This document shows positions 38,621-49,719 of a stretch of DNA of 64,000 bases, in pieces. The stretch's first letter is position 1. Each line of letters starts with the position of its first letter. Source of the stretch: Camelus ferus. Lineage: Eukaryota. Location: assembly GCF_009834535.1 (NCBI RefSeq), contig NC_045697.1:25236001-25300000 (forward strand), written 5' to 3'. The position numbers and the translations under genes were made by a program. The notes under the pieces were generated by a model, which did no database searches, was not told where the DNA came from, and saw only the letters and a program-made list of their open reading frames with translations.

Positions 38621-41439
38621 TGCCATTATGTTTTTTAAGCTAACTTGAAAATACTTAGCTCTATGACTCTGATGTTAAACTTTCCTTTAGTGATTTGAAA
38701 TTGTTTGCATTAGATCTCAATGGTATCTGAATTTTGATTTGGCCTAATTGATTCTGACTTTGCTTATGGCTCTATTCTGGGTTAAAAGAGTGTGATATGT
38801 CCCTGTTTTTCTGAGCCTTACTTGGAGGAAAAAAAGAGAAGCAGTATCTTAAATGATTGAGCCATTCATGGACTACAGCAAGAATAAATATGATTCTTAT
38901 ACTGAGAGGCCTTGGAAAGATCATCCTAGTAGTGGTCCTGTCCTTTTAGCCATTTTTTATGAGTTATAGATAAAGGAATCTATTTGTGGTGTCTCTAAGA
39001 AAGAAATATTTAATTTCCATATTCTGAATTATTTTTATTAAGTTTTTTATCTTAACTTCAAACCTGCCTGTCATTTTCAGCAATTTACAAGAGTGCTTGA
39101 GGGACAATGAGAATTTGGGAAACATGCTAGTAATGACAATTTTCCATGATTGCCTGGAGAGTTTTTGGAAGAGGACTTGATGAAGATTTTGATATTGAAA
39201 GTAGTCGGTCTGCTGAGGCCGATGAAGGAAGGAAAATTAGAGCAGGATATTCAGTCAACTTGTGCTGTCATCTATATTGACTACACTTGCTGTTGAAGAG
39301 ATCAGATTAATTACAATGTAATATCTGTCCATCAGCTTATATGTTTTGCAGATACAGCATTTATATTTGTGCCCAACAAACATTGGTGGTAATTACAGTC
39401 TATCTGTAGAATAACTGATATTATCAAAATATGAGGACATTATCAGTCACTGTCTGTTTCTACCTATATGTGTTTTTCCTAGGAATTCTGAAGCAAATGA
39501 CCACATATACTAATTCATAAAGATCAAATGAGAATTAATTTGCTAATTACTCGAAACTTTCAGGGTGTGAAAACAGCCTTATTTTCTTTTTCTCCTAAGT
39601 TTTAGGGCTGATTAAATTAAATAGTTCTTCAAGAGTGGCTTTACCTAAATAATTAATGTGATGATTTTTAAAGTATTTACCTCTAGGTTAGCCTGCCCCA
39701 TAAGCTTAGGGATACCTATGTCTTACTTTGTAGATAAACGTTTAGAGCAGAAATCCGTTAAGACTAATCAAACCTGAGGCATTGTTGCAGGACGTTAATT
39801 TACCCAAACCTATTAATTCTTGTCTGTTTTCAAACCATATTTACTTAAACAAGGGTCAGGAAACTGAGATAAAACCAGTGCAAAATGCATATAAAATGGC
39901 ACATAACTTCATATGTATATGTGTATACAAATATTTGTTAGGAGTTTAAATCGAATGTAGATTTACCTGCAAATAAATGTTAAAAAGTGTTTTGTTATGA
40001 TCTCAGAAATTTATGGTATTTTTGGTAATCTGTTACATGTACATTTGCTCCAAATGTAAAATGAGGATTTAACCAATTTGTTCATATGTTAACAATGTAA
40101 GTGCCACCTAAAAACAAACTGTTCTACATAAGATCTGGCAGTTCTCTGTAGCACCCATTTGCATACTAAATATGAAATCTAAATGCTGGCATTTCCCATA
40201 TACATTAAGAGCAGGGATGGGCCTGCAAATGATGCATTTATTTTATTTACTTTCCGATGCAGAAAGTATTAACTGTTGGTATATGATCAAGGTCAACTGA
40301 ATCCAATTTCAGTTCTTGACTTTCTTTTTTGAGTACTTGTGACTCTTTGTAAGCATTGTTACTTCACCATTTTTATTCTTTCTTCGAGATTTTCAAAAAA
40401 ATAACTAAATTTTTAAATGAAATTTAAAACTTACTCCACATTATAATTGCCATGTGGTCTCATGGATGATCTTGTAAATCTAAGATACATTATAAAAAAC
40501 TGGAATATTAATTTTTCTAACTATTAAAAATTTGATGTGTAATTATCCTAAGAATTAGTTACTTATTACTCAGCAATTATTCAAACTATGCTAAAAAAGG
40601 GACTACAATAATATGAAAAGGGAAGAATGATAGAATTGCCCAGAAGATGATATAGTGCTGAAATAATCAGTTTTCAATATTCTTAACTTTTCTTACTGCG
40701 TTGCCAAAAATTTTGCATCATCTTTCAAAAAATGTATAAAGGGACTCTGGAGACATTATTTGTAGTATTATTTAACTTTTTTTTTTTTTAGGCTTCATTA
40801 AACTTAGGTGAGAATTCAGAATTTTCGTTTTCTTCCATAATCACAAAGAGAAGAAAATTGGCAGAGGAAGATTTATCGCAGTTATTAGACAAATTATAAG
40901 ATGAATGCAAAGGGACAGAGAGCTGTACCCTAACCTCTAATGATGGTGGTAAAACCGATCATATAAACACAATCTCAGAGTAGGACTTTTTATATGATAC
41001 TATCTTAATTGATGTTTTTATACTTGAGTTACTTAAATGAACAATGCATTTCTAAGAAAAAATCTTACTCAGTTAGCTATGCAATAGGAAGAACTCCATT
41101 ATATATTTGCAGAATGACTCTGAATGATTGTTATGCCAAAAAAAAATGTGAAAATTAACTTTTATAATAACCAAAATTGACTTGACACTATTCATAAGTG
41201 GGCAAATGGTGAAGGCAGGTACGTGCACGGAAGTGATCTGGAAATAAATAGATGATATAGAAGTGAAAAAACAATTTATTAAGATCAGTTTGATAAATAT
41301 GAAATACAATTTTTTGCAATTATAGACCAAAGAAACTGGTTCATTGATGGGCTGTCTAAAATGGAAAAGATAAGGAAATAGATTCACCTCTACAACCACA
41401 AAAAAGAAATACAGTACCTCCAACACATTGATTTTAACT

Positions 41440-41508
41440 AAGTGAGTGAGTTGTTTTAAGCCATTATGTTTGTGGTAATTTGTTATGCAGCAGTAAAACG
41501 TACATGCA
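41440..41508 (+). mobile_element. Orphan MLT1 LTR 3' terminus
   Basis: ttgttttaagccattatgtttgtggtaatttgttatgcagcagtaaaa...atgca. Confidence 0.75.
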
Positions 41509-42374
41509 GTATATGAAGGTGGTTTTCTCAGATCATGTAACTCCATGTTCTAGAGTTTAACAAAACTGAGACTACCGACGTGAGAAGAGAGGGTGTACGT
41601 CAAGGGCAAAGCAAGTGGAAGACAATGATTTGGACAGCGTTCTCCTTCTTTGACTTGGTAACACACCACAGCTTTATGACTTATTTAATGATTCCTTAAA
41701 CAACACTTAGCTCTAAACTGCATTGCATATGGGCCATTAATTGTCTTTTACAATTCTGCATGCTTTTCAGATAGTTTCCCAAATCCATCTGTCCTCTTTT
41801 AAATCCTTCTAAGCACAGTCTTTCAGTTTGTGAATCACATCAAGAAGCAAATTCACAGCATTTTATGTTTATGCCCATTTTTATATATGTTCTTTGTTTA
41901 AATAGTGTGGGCATAATTCATCATTAATTAACCTTAGAGCATGATACTTGATGTATTTCCTTCAGATCAGGGCTATTCTTCCAAATGTACATGACTAGTT
42001 TTTTTTCAAATATTTAAAGCTTGCAGAGAACCAATGGTGATTTTTTTCTGTGGAAAGCAATATAGTGAACTCTGAAGAACTCACTGATAAACAGATTATG
42101 TGTGAAGGTGATTCATTATGGAAAAAGCTGAGAAAAATGACTGTGTTTGTGAAGGCCTGCAATTCTGTATGATAGGAGGAAAATTAACTGTTCTTTTATT
42201 AATTGTACAAACATATTTTAACCGCCTACAGTATTTAAAACACAGTTGTATACTCAGGGATGCAGAATGATCCAGGGGAGCCTGGTTCAGTCCTGGGGAA
42301 GCTATACTAGGAGATACTTAAGTAAGTTTTCTACATATATTAACCTCTTATACACAGTATACATTGTCTTAGGA

Positions 42375-42580
42375 TTCTAAAATCTGAAACTTGATTTTAC
42401 AGATCCAAAGCACTGCTCCTCCACTTGCTACCTTGAACAGTTAGTTTCACTATTTAAACATCAGTTCCTTCACTTACAAAAATAAAAACAATTCTAACTG
42501 TACTTACCTGGCAGGAAGGGGGTGAAATTCAGAGGTTAGAGTGTTCATCAAACATGCAGCACAGACATAATTGAGCTAAT
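42375..42580 (+). mobile_element. MIR
   Basis: ccttgaacagttagttt...tcagttccttcacttacaaaa...gtacttacct. Confidence 0.6.
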
Positions 42581-42689
42581 ATTCTGCACAATTGTCTTCC
42601 CACCTCTGTATGCTGGAAAAACTCAAACTTGTCAATTAATGCCCCATTCCTTTCTGGTACACAGTTTCCTTTGAGTTGTCACACATACC

Positions 42690-42982
42690 TTAGAAGAAAT
42701 TCTTAGTCTTTGAGAGAAAATAGTGTGTGCTGAGACCATCTGGACTGAATATGTGACTGCACCCAGTTAAATAAACTTTTAAGATTCCTGCAGGTGAGTG
42801 CCAGGATCCACCTGTCTTTTGGCCACCAAAGACAAGCCTGGTATGTAAGTTCCTTGGCTTTTTAACCCTGCCACCTACCCATCTGGAGTGATCTGCTTCT
42901 TTCTTTGTACTATGTTTGCCCTCCATGTACAGAGGCCAGTTTCAGATTTCAGCCTGGGAAGCTCCCAAAATGCAAACCAACA
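42690..42982 (+). mobile_element. 5' LTR (5'-truncated) of the outer ERV (MER54/MER74-like, ERVL)
   Basis: Colinear with 49868-50127 (gaccatct...gtgactg; aagacaagcct; gagtgatctgc; ttgccctcca; ggccagtttcagat; cctgggaa); ends aaccaaca. Family name from recall. Confidence 0.8.
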
Positions 42983-43002
42983 ATTGACAAGTCAGGTTAG
43001 AG

Positions 43003-43425
43003 AATGAGATCGTTGTTGAAAAAGAGGCATTTGCAGGGGAAATCTTCAGTTAACCATCTACTTCTGTGTGAGGAGAGCTGGCCTGTGTGTTAGATGTTTG
43101 TGGACCACTGTGTGACTACTGAGATGCTTCAAAAACTCAGGCTGGTTTGATGCACTTATTTGAGGAACTGTGCAGAATGCCCTGCGGCAAAGAAGGGGGA
43201 TGAATTGCCTGGGTAGTGGGCTGGCCTCTACTGTGGGCAGGTTCACTCTCTGCTCATGCCCAACCGGAGGTGAAGTTCAATTCCAGTTAGAAAGTTGGAA
43301 GAAGAGCTGCGGTTAGGGAAGGGCCTGCAGGTGTCCACCACTCTGCTAGCTTCGGGCTGGCAGACAAGGTTGGAGAGCAGGATGATAAATTGGAGACCTT
43401 AGCCTGAAGTTGCAAAAGCTAGGAG
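43003..43425 (+). pseudogene. gag: Outer ERV gag-like remnant (class III / HERV-S-like)
   Basis: Broken translation EIFS*PSTSV*GELACVLDVCGP...VVGWPLLWA / VRKLEEELRL...LADKVGEQDDKLETLA; resembles the class III gag VGW motif plus coiled coil. Continues at ~48978. Confidence 0.5.
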
Positions 43426-43899
43426 TGTTACTGACCCTCCGGAGTTGGTCCTCAGCAGGTTCCTCCCACTGGGGGTTGCTCACGCCAATAGAATGTGACC
43501 AAGTTTGGTTCAGAAGCAAAGGAAAGCTTTACTCTTTGATCAAAGGATGAAGAGGTGCCAGCTCTTGCTCTAGAACACGAGGTCTCCCTGACGAGCCATG
43601 GGCGGGGCTGCTGTATGGGGTTCCTGCGGGCGGGAGGGGGCGGAGCGCTCTCAGTGCGGGTGCAGGCGCAGCTGCGCGGCTCACGCAGGCAGTGCCGTTG
43701 CCGTGTCTCTGCACATGGCCTGCTGGGCTGAAGTGTCCATGCAGCCGTTTTGCATTATGGATGATGAAAGGCCAGGTGGAAGCAAGTGACGACTAAGCAC
43801 AAAGGATAAGGAAAAAAAAAAAAAAGGTTAGATTTGTATTTTATAACCTAGATTCTATTTTTATTTCCCAGTAATTGTTAATGGGTTTTGCTGGTGATA
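43426..43899 (-). mobile_element. 3' LTR of inner provirus (CpG-rich)
   Basis: Preceded on the minus strand by the polypurine tract; AGTAAA poly(A) signal 43533-43528; homologous to 48421-48973. Confidence 0.9.
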
Positions 43900-43901
43900 A
43901 A

Positions 43902-43918
43902 TCCCTCCTCTGTCTTTT
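43902..43918 (-). other. Polypurine tract
   Basis: Minus strand AAAAGACAGAGGAGGGA immediately before the 3' LTR. Confidence 0.85.
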
Positions 43919-44379
43919 GTCCTGCCCCTCATTCTTGAAGGGCTCTGAGGGGTGCAAGTCCATATTCTGTAACTTCTTCCTGCTGATTTGGGGCATCATC
44001 GTAACCCCAGGTAGAGGAGCAGAGCTTCCTCCAGCCGCCTTTAGATGTGTTTGTCACAAGGCCTCAGCCCTGAGTGTTTGTGTCCCTGAGTGACCACCGT
44101 TTGTCTAACCCTTTGGAGACAAAGGATACTAGACAGTGGCCCAACTATTATCAGGACAATGATGGTCACATATCGACTTTTTCCAAAAAATGAAGGCATC
44201 TAGGACTTTACCTGCAGGAAAAGTGTGCCCTGATGTCAAGGCTCACTGCCACGGCCTGAATCTCCCTGGTCACATTTCAGTTGTTTTTCAGAAGAGAAGC
44301 TTCAGATCAGAGAGAGGTTCGCACAACTAGTCAAGGGGCCGTTGCCCCAGGTTGTCCCCGGAGTTTGGGGCTCGGGGGG

Positions 44380-46975
44380 CCCTCTTCACTTGAGTGTGAT
44401 TTCCCACGGTGCAATCTCCTGCAGCTTCAGGGCAGCGCAGCTGGTCGGGATCGCCAAGTGGGGTCTGTTCTACTTATGAGTGAGCTGAATCTGTGGGCTG
44501 GTGGTTTTCCAGGATTTGGGGTGTACCTGGTCTCCAGGCCGGGAGGGGTGGAAGGCCTGTCAGCGGGGGCAGGCAGCACCTGGTAACCATATTCCCTGAG
44601 AGCTTTCATGGTTTCTCCTACCTGGAAGGCACACTTGAATTGTTCCATTTCAGAGGACTAAGATACCCCTTCTCTCAGGCTTGGAGAATGGGTCTACCCT
44701 ACGTGAGTTCAAATGCACTTAAACTTATCGCTTGGGGCTAACTGCATACAGAGCAGGGAAATTGCGGTTTCCTGACACATAGCTTGGCCAAAGCCTGTTT
44801 CAAGGTCTAATTGGATCTCTCTACTTTCCCAGTGATTCAGCTGCTTTTTCAGTTCTAGTGAGGAATGCTTCTATCTACCAAGAAAATGTGTCCATTAGCA
44901 CCAAGAGACACCTGAAGTTGCCCAGTACTCTTGGCATGACAGTGAAATGAATCTGGAGTGTGCTCCAGGATATGTCTTTCTGATCTGAACGGGACGTATC
45001 TGGGTGCCGCTGGGGACTCTGGTATTGGGATTGTCATTGTGCAGAAAAGGCAGGTCTCATCTATCTGACTGATTATACTTTTCATGCAGAAGTTGCTGTG
45101 ACCTCAACCAAGTAACTATACAGGGCTTCCCTCCCATAGTGAGTTCCTTGTGAGCCTTCCTGATGGCTTGACAAGCCGCAGTTCGGGGAAGGAAGTATTT
45201 GTGTAGACTGAGGAATAATTGGATGGATCTGGCCCTGGAGGTGAAGGAATAGCTGCCAAGTTACTGGTTCTAGGTCCACCCTTTTGGCAGTTGTGTCCTC
45301 CTTGTTTCCCTGTATTACCTCCACATCCCCCTTTTGAGGACCCCTTGATGAATCACTGGCACGTTTTTTGGAAGCTGTACTGCTTCTAAGAACTTTAATA
45401 TGCTTCAGCCATGTTTCGCCTGTTTATTCTGCACAATAAGCACACCTCTTTCCTTTCACATAGCCCCGTATGTGTGTGTAGGATGGCATATGCATACTGC
45501 AAATCTGTAAACATTTAAGATTTTCCCTGTCCTGAGCTCTAAGTCTGGGGTGAGGGCTACCAGCACCACTTTTTGGATGGAAGTCCCTGAGGGTAGGCTT
45601 CTTGCTTCCATGACGTGGGTCTGGGGTCTGGGAGGTTACTGCATATCTTGCCAGCCTTTTTCCTTCTCTCATAGAATTATTCTCATCTGTCAACCCTTCC
45701 TCTTCAGCATTTGGGAGAGGCTCACTTCCTTGGTCAGAGTGGCTGAAATAGATTATGTCTACAATTTCTATATGGTCGTGCTCCAGGAGCCCTATTCCCG
45801 TGGGTAGCAGGGTGGCAGGATTTAGCTGTGACAGTTTTGTATGGTAGCCACTGGGTTATCTAAAAAGCATAGCCTGAGCTTGAGTCAACCTTCTGTGGGA
45901 TAGCCATTCTGTTCTCTTAGAACTAACTAAGGCCTGAACCTGGTGGGGAGTCCATATAGTGATTGACTGGCCAGATGTTAACTTTTCAGCCTCCTTTCGC
46001 AGGGTTGAAGTAGCTGCTACTGCCTGTAGGCAAGGAGGCCATCCCTCACTGGCTTGACCTAATTGTTTAGATAAATAAGCAACCACCTGAGTAAGGGGTC
46101 CCAGTTTTTGAACTAATACCCCAAGGATGATTCCCCTTCTCCAGAGCTAGGGATCCAGATGCAGCAGAACGCAGCCATCCCCAGGAAACCCCTAAGCTGT
46201 CCTCGAGTTTTAGGAGGGATGAGGCTGCAAATGGCTGCTTTCCTGTCCTGGGGTAGGTTCTTTGACCTTCTGTGAGAATGAAGTCTAAGCAGGCCACCCT
46301 GGTTTGTAGTATCTGAGCCTTTTTCCTTGGATACTTTGTGTCATATACTGGTTAGGTGGTTCAGAGTAGCTACAGCATTTCTGTCAGAGGCCTCCTTAGC
46401 AGGACCGGCAATCGGAATGTTGTCTACATAATGGGAGAGGCTTCTCTCCTCCAGATGTAGATTTTTTTTAGGTCTTATCTAAATTTTCCCCAAAGATAGT
46501 AGGGGAATTTTGAACCCTCAGGGCAGGATTATCCATCAGTATTGTTTTTGTCCCATGTTTTGGTCCTGCCACTCAAAAGCAAAGATTTCTTGTGACCCTG
46601 GGGCTAATGGGATACAGAAGAAGGTGTATTTTAAATCTAATACTGAATACCAGGTGCTGGTAGATGATAGAGTGGCCAGCAGGATGTAAGGATTAAGGAT
46701 TATAGAGTGTATGTCCTGCCGGCTTCAGTGACTGCCCTGAGATCCTGTTCCATCTGGTGTCTTTATGGGCAGAATGGGGGGTATTACAGGCTGATAGGCA
46801 TGGTCTAACAAGGCCTGGCCAGTTAGGCCCTGCACAGTGGGAACAATGCCCAACGAGGCTTCCCGACAGGGCGGGCAGTGTTTTCTACTGTGCCATGCAG
46901 GTCAGAGTTTTAGATGGACCACTGTGGGACTGGCTTCTACAGATCGTCCCACCCATCACTGTGCCCAGACCTCAG
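44380..46975 (-). pseudogene. pol: Degenerate pol (RT, tether, RNaseH, integrase)
   Basis: PEVWA, CNTPILP, QDLRAV, WYSVLDLK, FAFEW, LP*G, YVDN (46430-46419), VAYLSKQL..GWPPCLQAVAA, LPSGTS, THYGREAL, QIHFT..LMDTFSW*IEAFLTRTEKA, GKVERSN; many stops and frameshifts. Confidence 0.95.
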
Positions 46976-47004
46976 GATTTACTCTGGGGTGATACCTGAA
47001 AACT

Positions 47005-47065
47005 TCAGTTCTGCAGGATGCACCCTAATGGGCTGTCCTTCAGTGTGGTGGATGTTTTGGTTCCA
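47005..47065 (-). pseudogene. gag: gag matrix N-terminal stub
   Basis: DSPLGCILQN* matches the (T/S)PLGCIL.NW motif at the start of ERV9/HERV-W/H-type Gag. Confidence 0.75.
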
Positions 47066-48396
47066 TTCAGACATGTTCTGGTTTTGGATTTGTTTCTAAA
47101 CACCAAAGTGGGGCAGATGGAGTAATTTGTTGGCACACAAATGCCACAAGATTTGACCCAGATAAGATTTCTGGTTTGGAAAATTTGCATTCCTCCAAAG
47201 ACCAAAATAAGAGGCATCCAAATGGTGTGGAGACGTATAACTGGGGGGTCCCCCTTGAATCTGTAAGGTTTATGCCTGAGACAGGCCTCGTCAGTCAGTA
47301 TGTCCCACAGGATCTTAGACAGGACGGCGTCCAGGCCAGAGCAGCTTAGCTGCGTCAGTTCCTGATCAGCTTGCTCTGTTAGGGCGGGCACACTGTCTGA
47401 GGCAGGGTCTTCTCTTTCTTAGTTTCAGCCAAAAAGCAGGAGGTTTTGGACGTCCCAGTGGGTGAGAGCAAAAGCTCGACGGGCTCCCACAGGGTACTCC
47501 TCAGAGCCCTGGGGCAGAGGATTTCCTGTGCTAACACAGGGCGGCGAGCCTGTGGATCCTCGGTTGGTAAAGAATCACTCAGAGTACACCTCTGGAGCAG
47601 AGAGGGGAGGAGAGGTTGCATGGTGGGTGTTTCCTGGTCTTGTAAGCAGCTCATGGGGCTCCCCAGCCCACTTCAGAGAAACTAGCACTGACCAGAAGTG
47701 GTCAGGTCGCCTGTTGCACATCTGCCTTGGGATCCTTTCCCCCTCTAGTGTCCTAGTGCCTTTTCCCGAATTCAGATTGAGTGACTTTCTGTTTTGTTGA
47801 GTGGTGCTTATCACCTGGGCCTTTTCCCAGTCCCCCCTCTTGGCTCTCGGGGCTGGCCACCTTCCTTTAACAAACCAAAAGTGACTATGGAGAATGCTAG
47901 TGTTGACCCCTGGAGGTCAGCAAGGAGGGCAGAAAGCCCTGTTGCAGTCTCTACTGCCTTGTACAGGGCGGGTCAAGAGCCTGGTGCTACTGGCAAAACA
48001 GTGCAAGACTGCTGTGGCTCCCTCTTGTCCATAGGTCCCCACTGTCCCCAGGTGTCCAGTACCATTGGAAGGCCAGCCAGAGGCAGCAGACAGAAATGTG
48101 TAAGTTTCAGTCTCCAATCCCCAGTGATGCCACAGTATGATCCCCTCAAGGAGGTGCAGTCCAGATTATTCTGGGGGCTACCCTGTGTGTGCACCACACC
48201 CAGGTATCAAGCAGGGTGCTGAGCAGGGTTGCTCTGAATTCAACTGAAGCCTGCTCCATCCTACTCTGTCAGAGTGTACTCAACTATCAGAATCACTCAT
48301 CCTCTTACAAACCTCCCAAAGCTTCCTCTGTCTTCTTGCTGGAGCCAGGGTGAGCCCAGAGCCTAGTGGATAGGTGCAGTGAAAAGGCCATGGTAC

Positions 48397-48414
48397 ATCC
48401 CACCTGGGTTGCCA
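48397..48414 (-). other. Primer-binding site, tRNA-Arg
   Basis: TGGCAACCCAGGTGGGAT, 16/18 to TGGCACCCCAGGTGGGAC (complement of the tRNA-Arg(CCT) 3' end as recalled); 6 nt from the 5' LTR. Confidence 0.8.
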
Positions 48415-48420
48415 TAACTC

Positions 48421-48973
48421 TATTATTAACCCTCTCAAGTTGGTCCCCAACTCTTGTTGCCTTCTGCCTGGCATCATTGGAGCCAATAGAACAAGACCGA
48501 GTTGGGTTCAGAAGCGAAGGAAAGCTTTACTCTTTGATCAGAGAGTGGAGAGGTGTAGGCTCATGCTCTGAAGTGCACACTTTCCTGCAAAGGCCCTTGG
48601 TGGGATTGCCTTATGGAGTCCTGCTGGTGGGAGAATTCTTGAGGTCCTGATGCAGCCGTGCTGCTCAGGGCGCTCCAGATCGAAGGCCTGGGTGCAGCGT
48701 CTCTGCACAAAATGCACTGTAGCCACCTTGAATTGAAGTGTCCTATGCAGCGCTGCTGCACAAAGCCTGCCAAGCTGGTGTCAGGAGCAGCCACTACACA
48801 CTAGGAATTCTGGTCTGAAGTAGTAGGGGGCAAGGACCCTGCACAAGGCACCCTGTGAGCAAGTGAAACTAGACTGAGTGCAAAGGAAAAGGGGCAAAAA
48901 AATGTTAGATCATTCTACTACCCAGATTCTATTTTTATTTCTCGAGAATTGTTAATGGGCTTTGCCAGTGACA
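48421..48973 (-). mobile_element. 5' LTR of inner provirus
   Basis: Shares gccaatagaa...ggttcagaagc.aaggaaagctttactctttgatca and agattctatttttattt...aattgttaatggg with 43426-43899; AGTAAA 48531-48526. Confidence 0.9.
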
Positions 48974-49283
48974 GGAGGACACAACCTGCTGCAGATTAAG
49001 GTCTTTAAGGTTGCAGCACTTATGACAAAGCCCGACTGAGACACTAAGGGGTGGGATCCCTGTGAAACTGAGAAGAGCCAAGAGGAGGTTGTTGTGGTGA
49101 TTGACAGTGAGACAGACGAAACACATGAAATGTAGGTGCCCTCAGCCCACATTACAAAGGAAGGCAAAGCACAGCAACAACCCTAGCCGTGGTCCCTCCT
49201 CCAATTCAGGAAACGTTCATGATGAGAGAATATATTCCCACCAAGTTTACTGATATGGCTGCCGAGTCGGAATAAATGATAAC

Positions 49284-49650
49284 CAACAAAGCCTGTCCTT
49301 ACTGAACACTAAAATATCTCTAATGAGATAGATTGTCGATGGCTTTGGACATTATTAGTGCTACTCCAGGAGGCACCTGTGCCATTATCCAAACAGAATG
49401 TTACATGTTTATACCTGATGTATCATCTTTATTAAATCCTGTGAGGACACAGGTGAACATCCTGAGTGATCTGACCGCCCAGCTTAGGGAACGTAGTAAA
49501 GCAGTGCTTTGGATCATGGACTCCTGGTGGAAAAAAATTGTTACTTATTTAGGAAATCGTCTTAATCTGTATTCCTCTTACATGTGCCTATATTGCTGTG
49601 GTGTCTGCCTCCAGTGCAGCCAGATAACTACCTCCATGCTAGTGAAACCC
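49284..49650 (+). pseudogene. env: env TM remnant of outer ERV
   Basis: QSLSLLNTKISLMR* then frameshift to MALDIISATPGGTCAIIQTECYMFIPD: immunosuppressive domain and CX6CC (now CX6CY), followed by a WWKK/Cys-rich anchor-like region. Confidence 0.85.
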
Positions 49651-49719
49651 CCAGCTGGCCTCTCAGTGCACATTGTGCAAGAAAGGAAACATGTAAGATT
49701 TTAAGAGCAAGTTAGGAGG

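Larger units (their letters stand above)
43426..48973 (-). mobile_element. Class I (gamma-like, ERV9/HERV-W-related) defective provirus
   Basis: Two LTRs, TG...CA outer ends, GGAG TSD (43422-43425, 48974-48977), PBS, polypurine tract and pol motifs. Confidence 0.93.

Noticed and set aside
39080..39300. Purine-rich coding-like stretch after a TTTTCAG acceptor
   Set aside because: Stops interrupt the frames I translated, there is no good donor, and I recognise no peptide.
41073..41546. Longest ORF (157 aa, minus strand)
   Set aside because: Antisense to an old L1-like fragment and the MLT1 terminus; F/I/N-biased composition from AT-rich DNA.
42501..42515. TACTTACCTGGCAGG, identical to the 5' end of U1 snRNA
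   Set aside because: The match stops after 15 nt and lies at the MIR gtacctacct position; not a U1 gene or pseudogene.
47379..48400. Multiple overlapping ORFs in the inner ERV leader
   Set aside because: GC-rich untranslated leader with few stops by composition; no retroviral protein motifs seen.
49333..49704. Possible captured syncytin gene
   Set aside because: No signal peptide, SU, furin site or fusion peptide; upstream stop and frameshift; CX6CC mutated.
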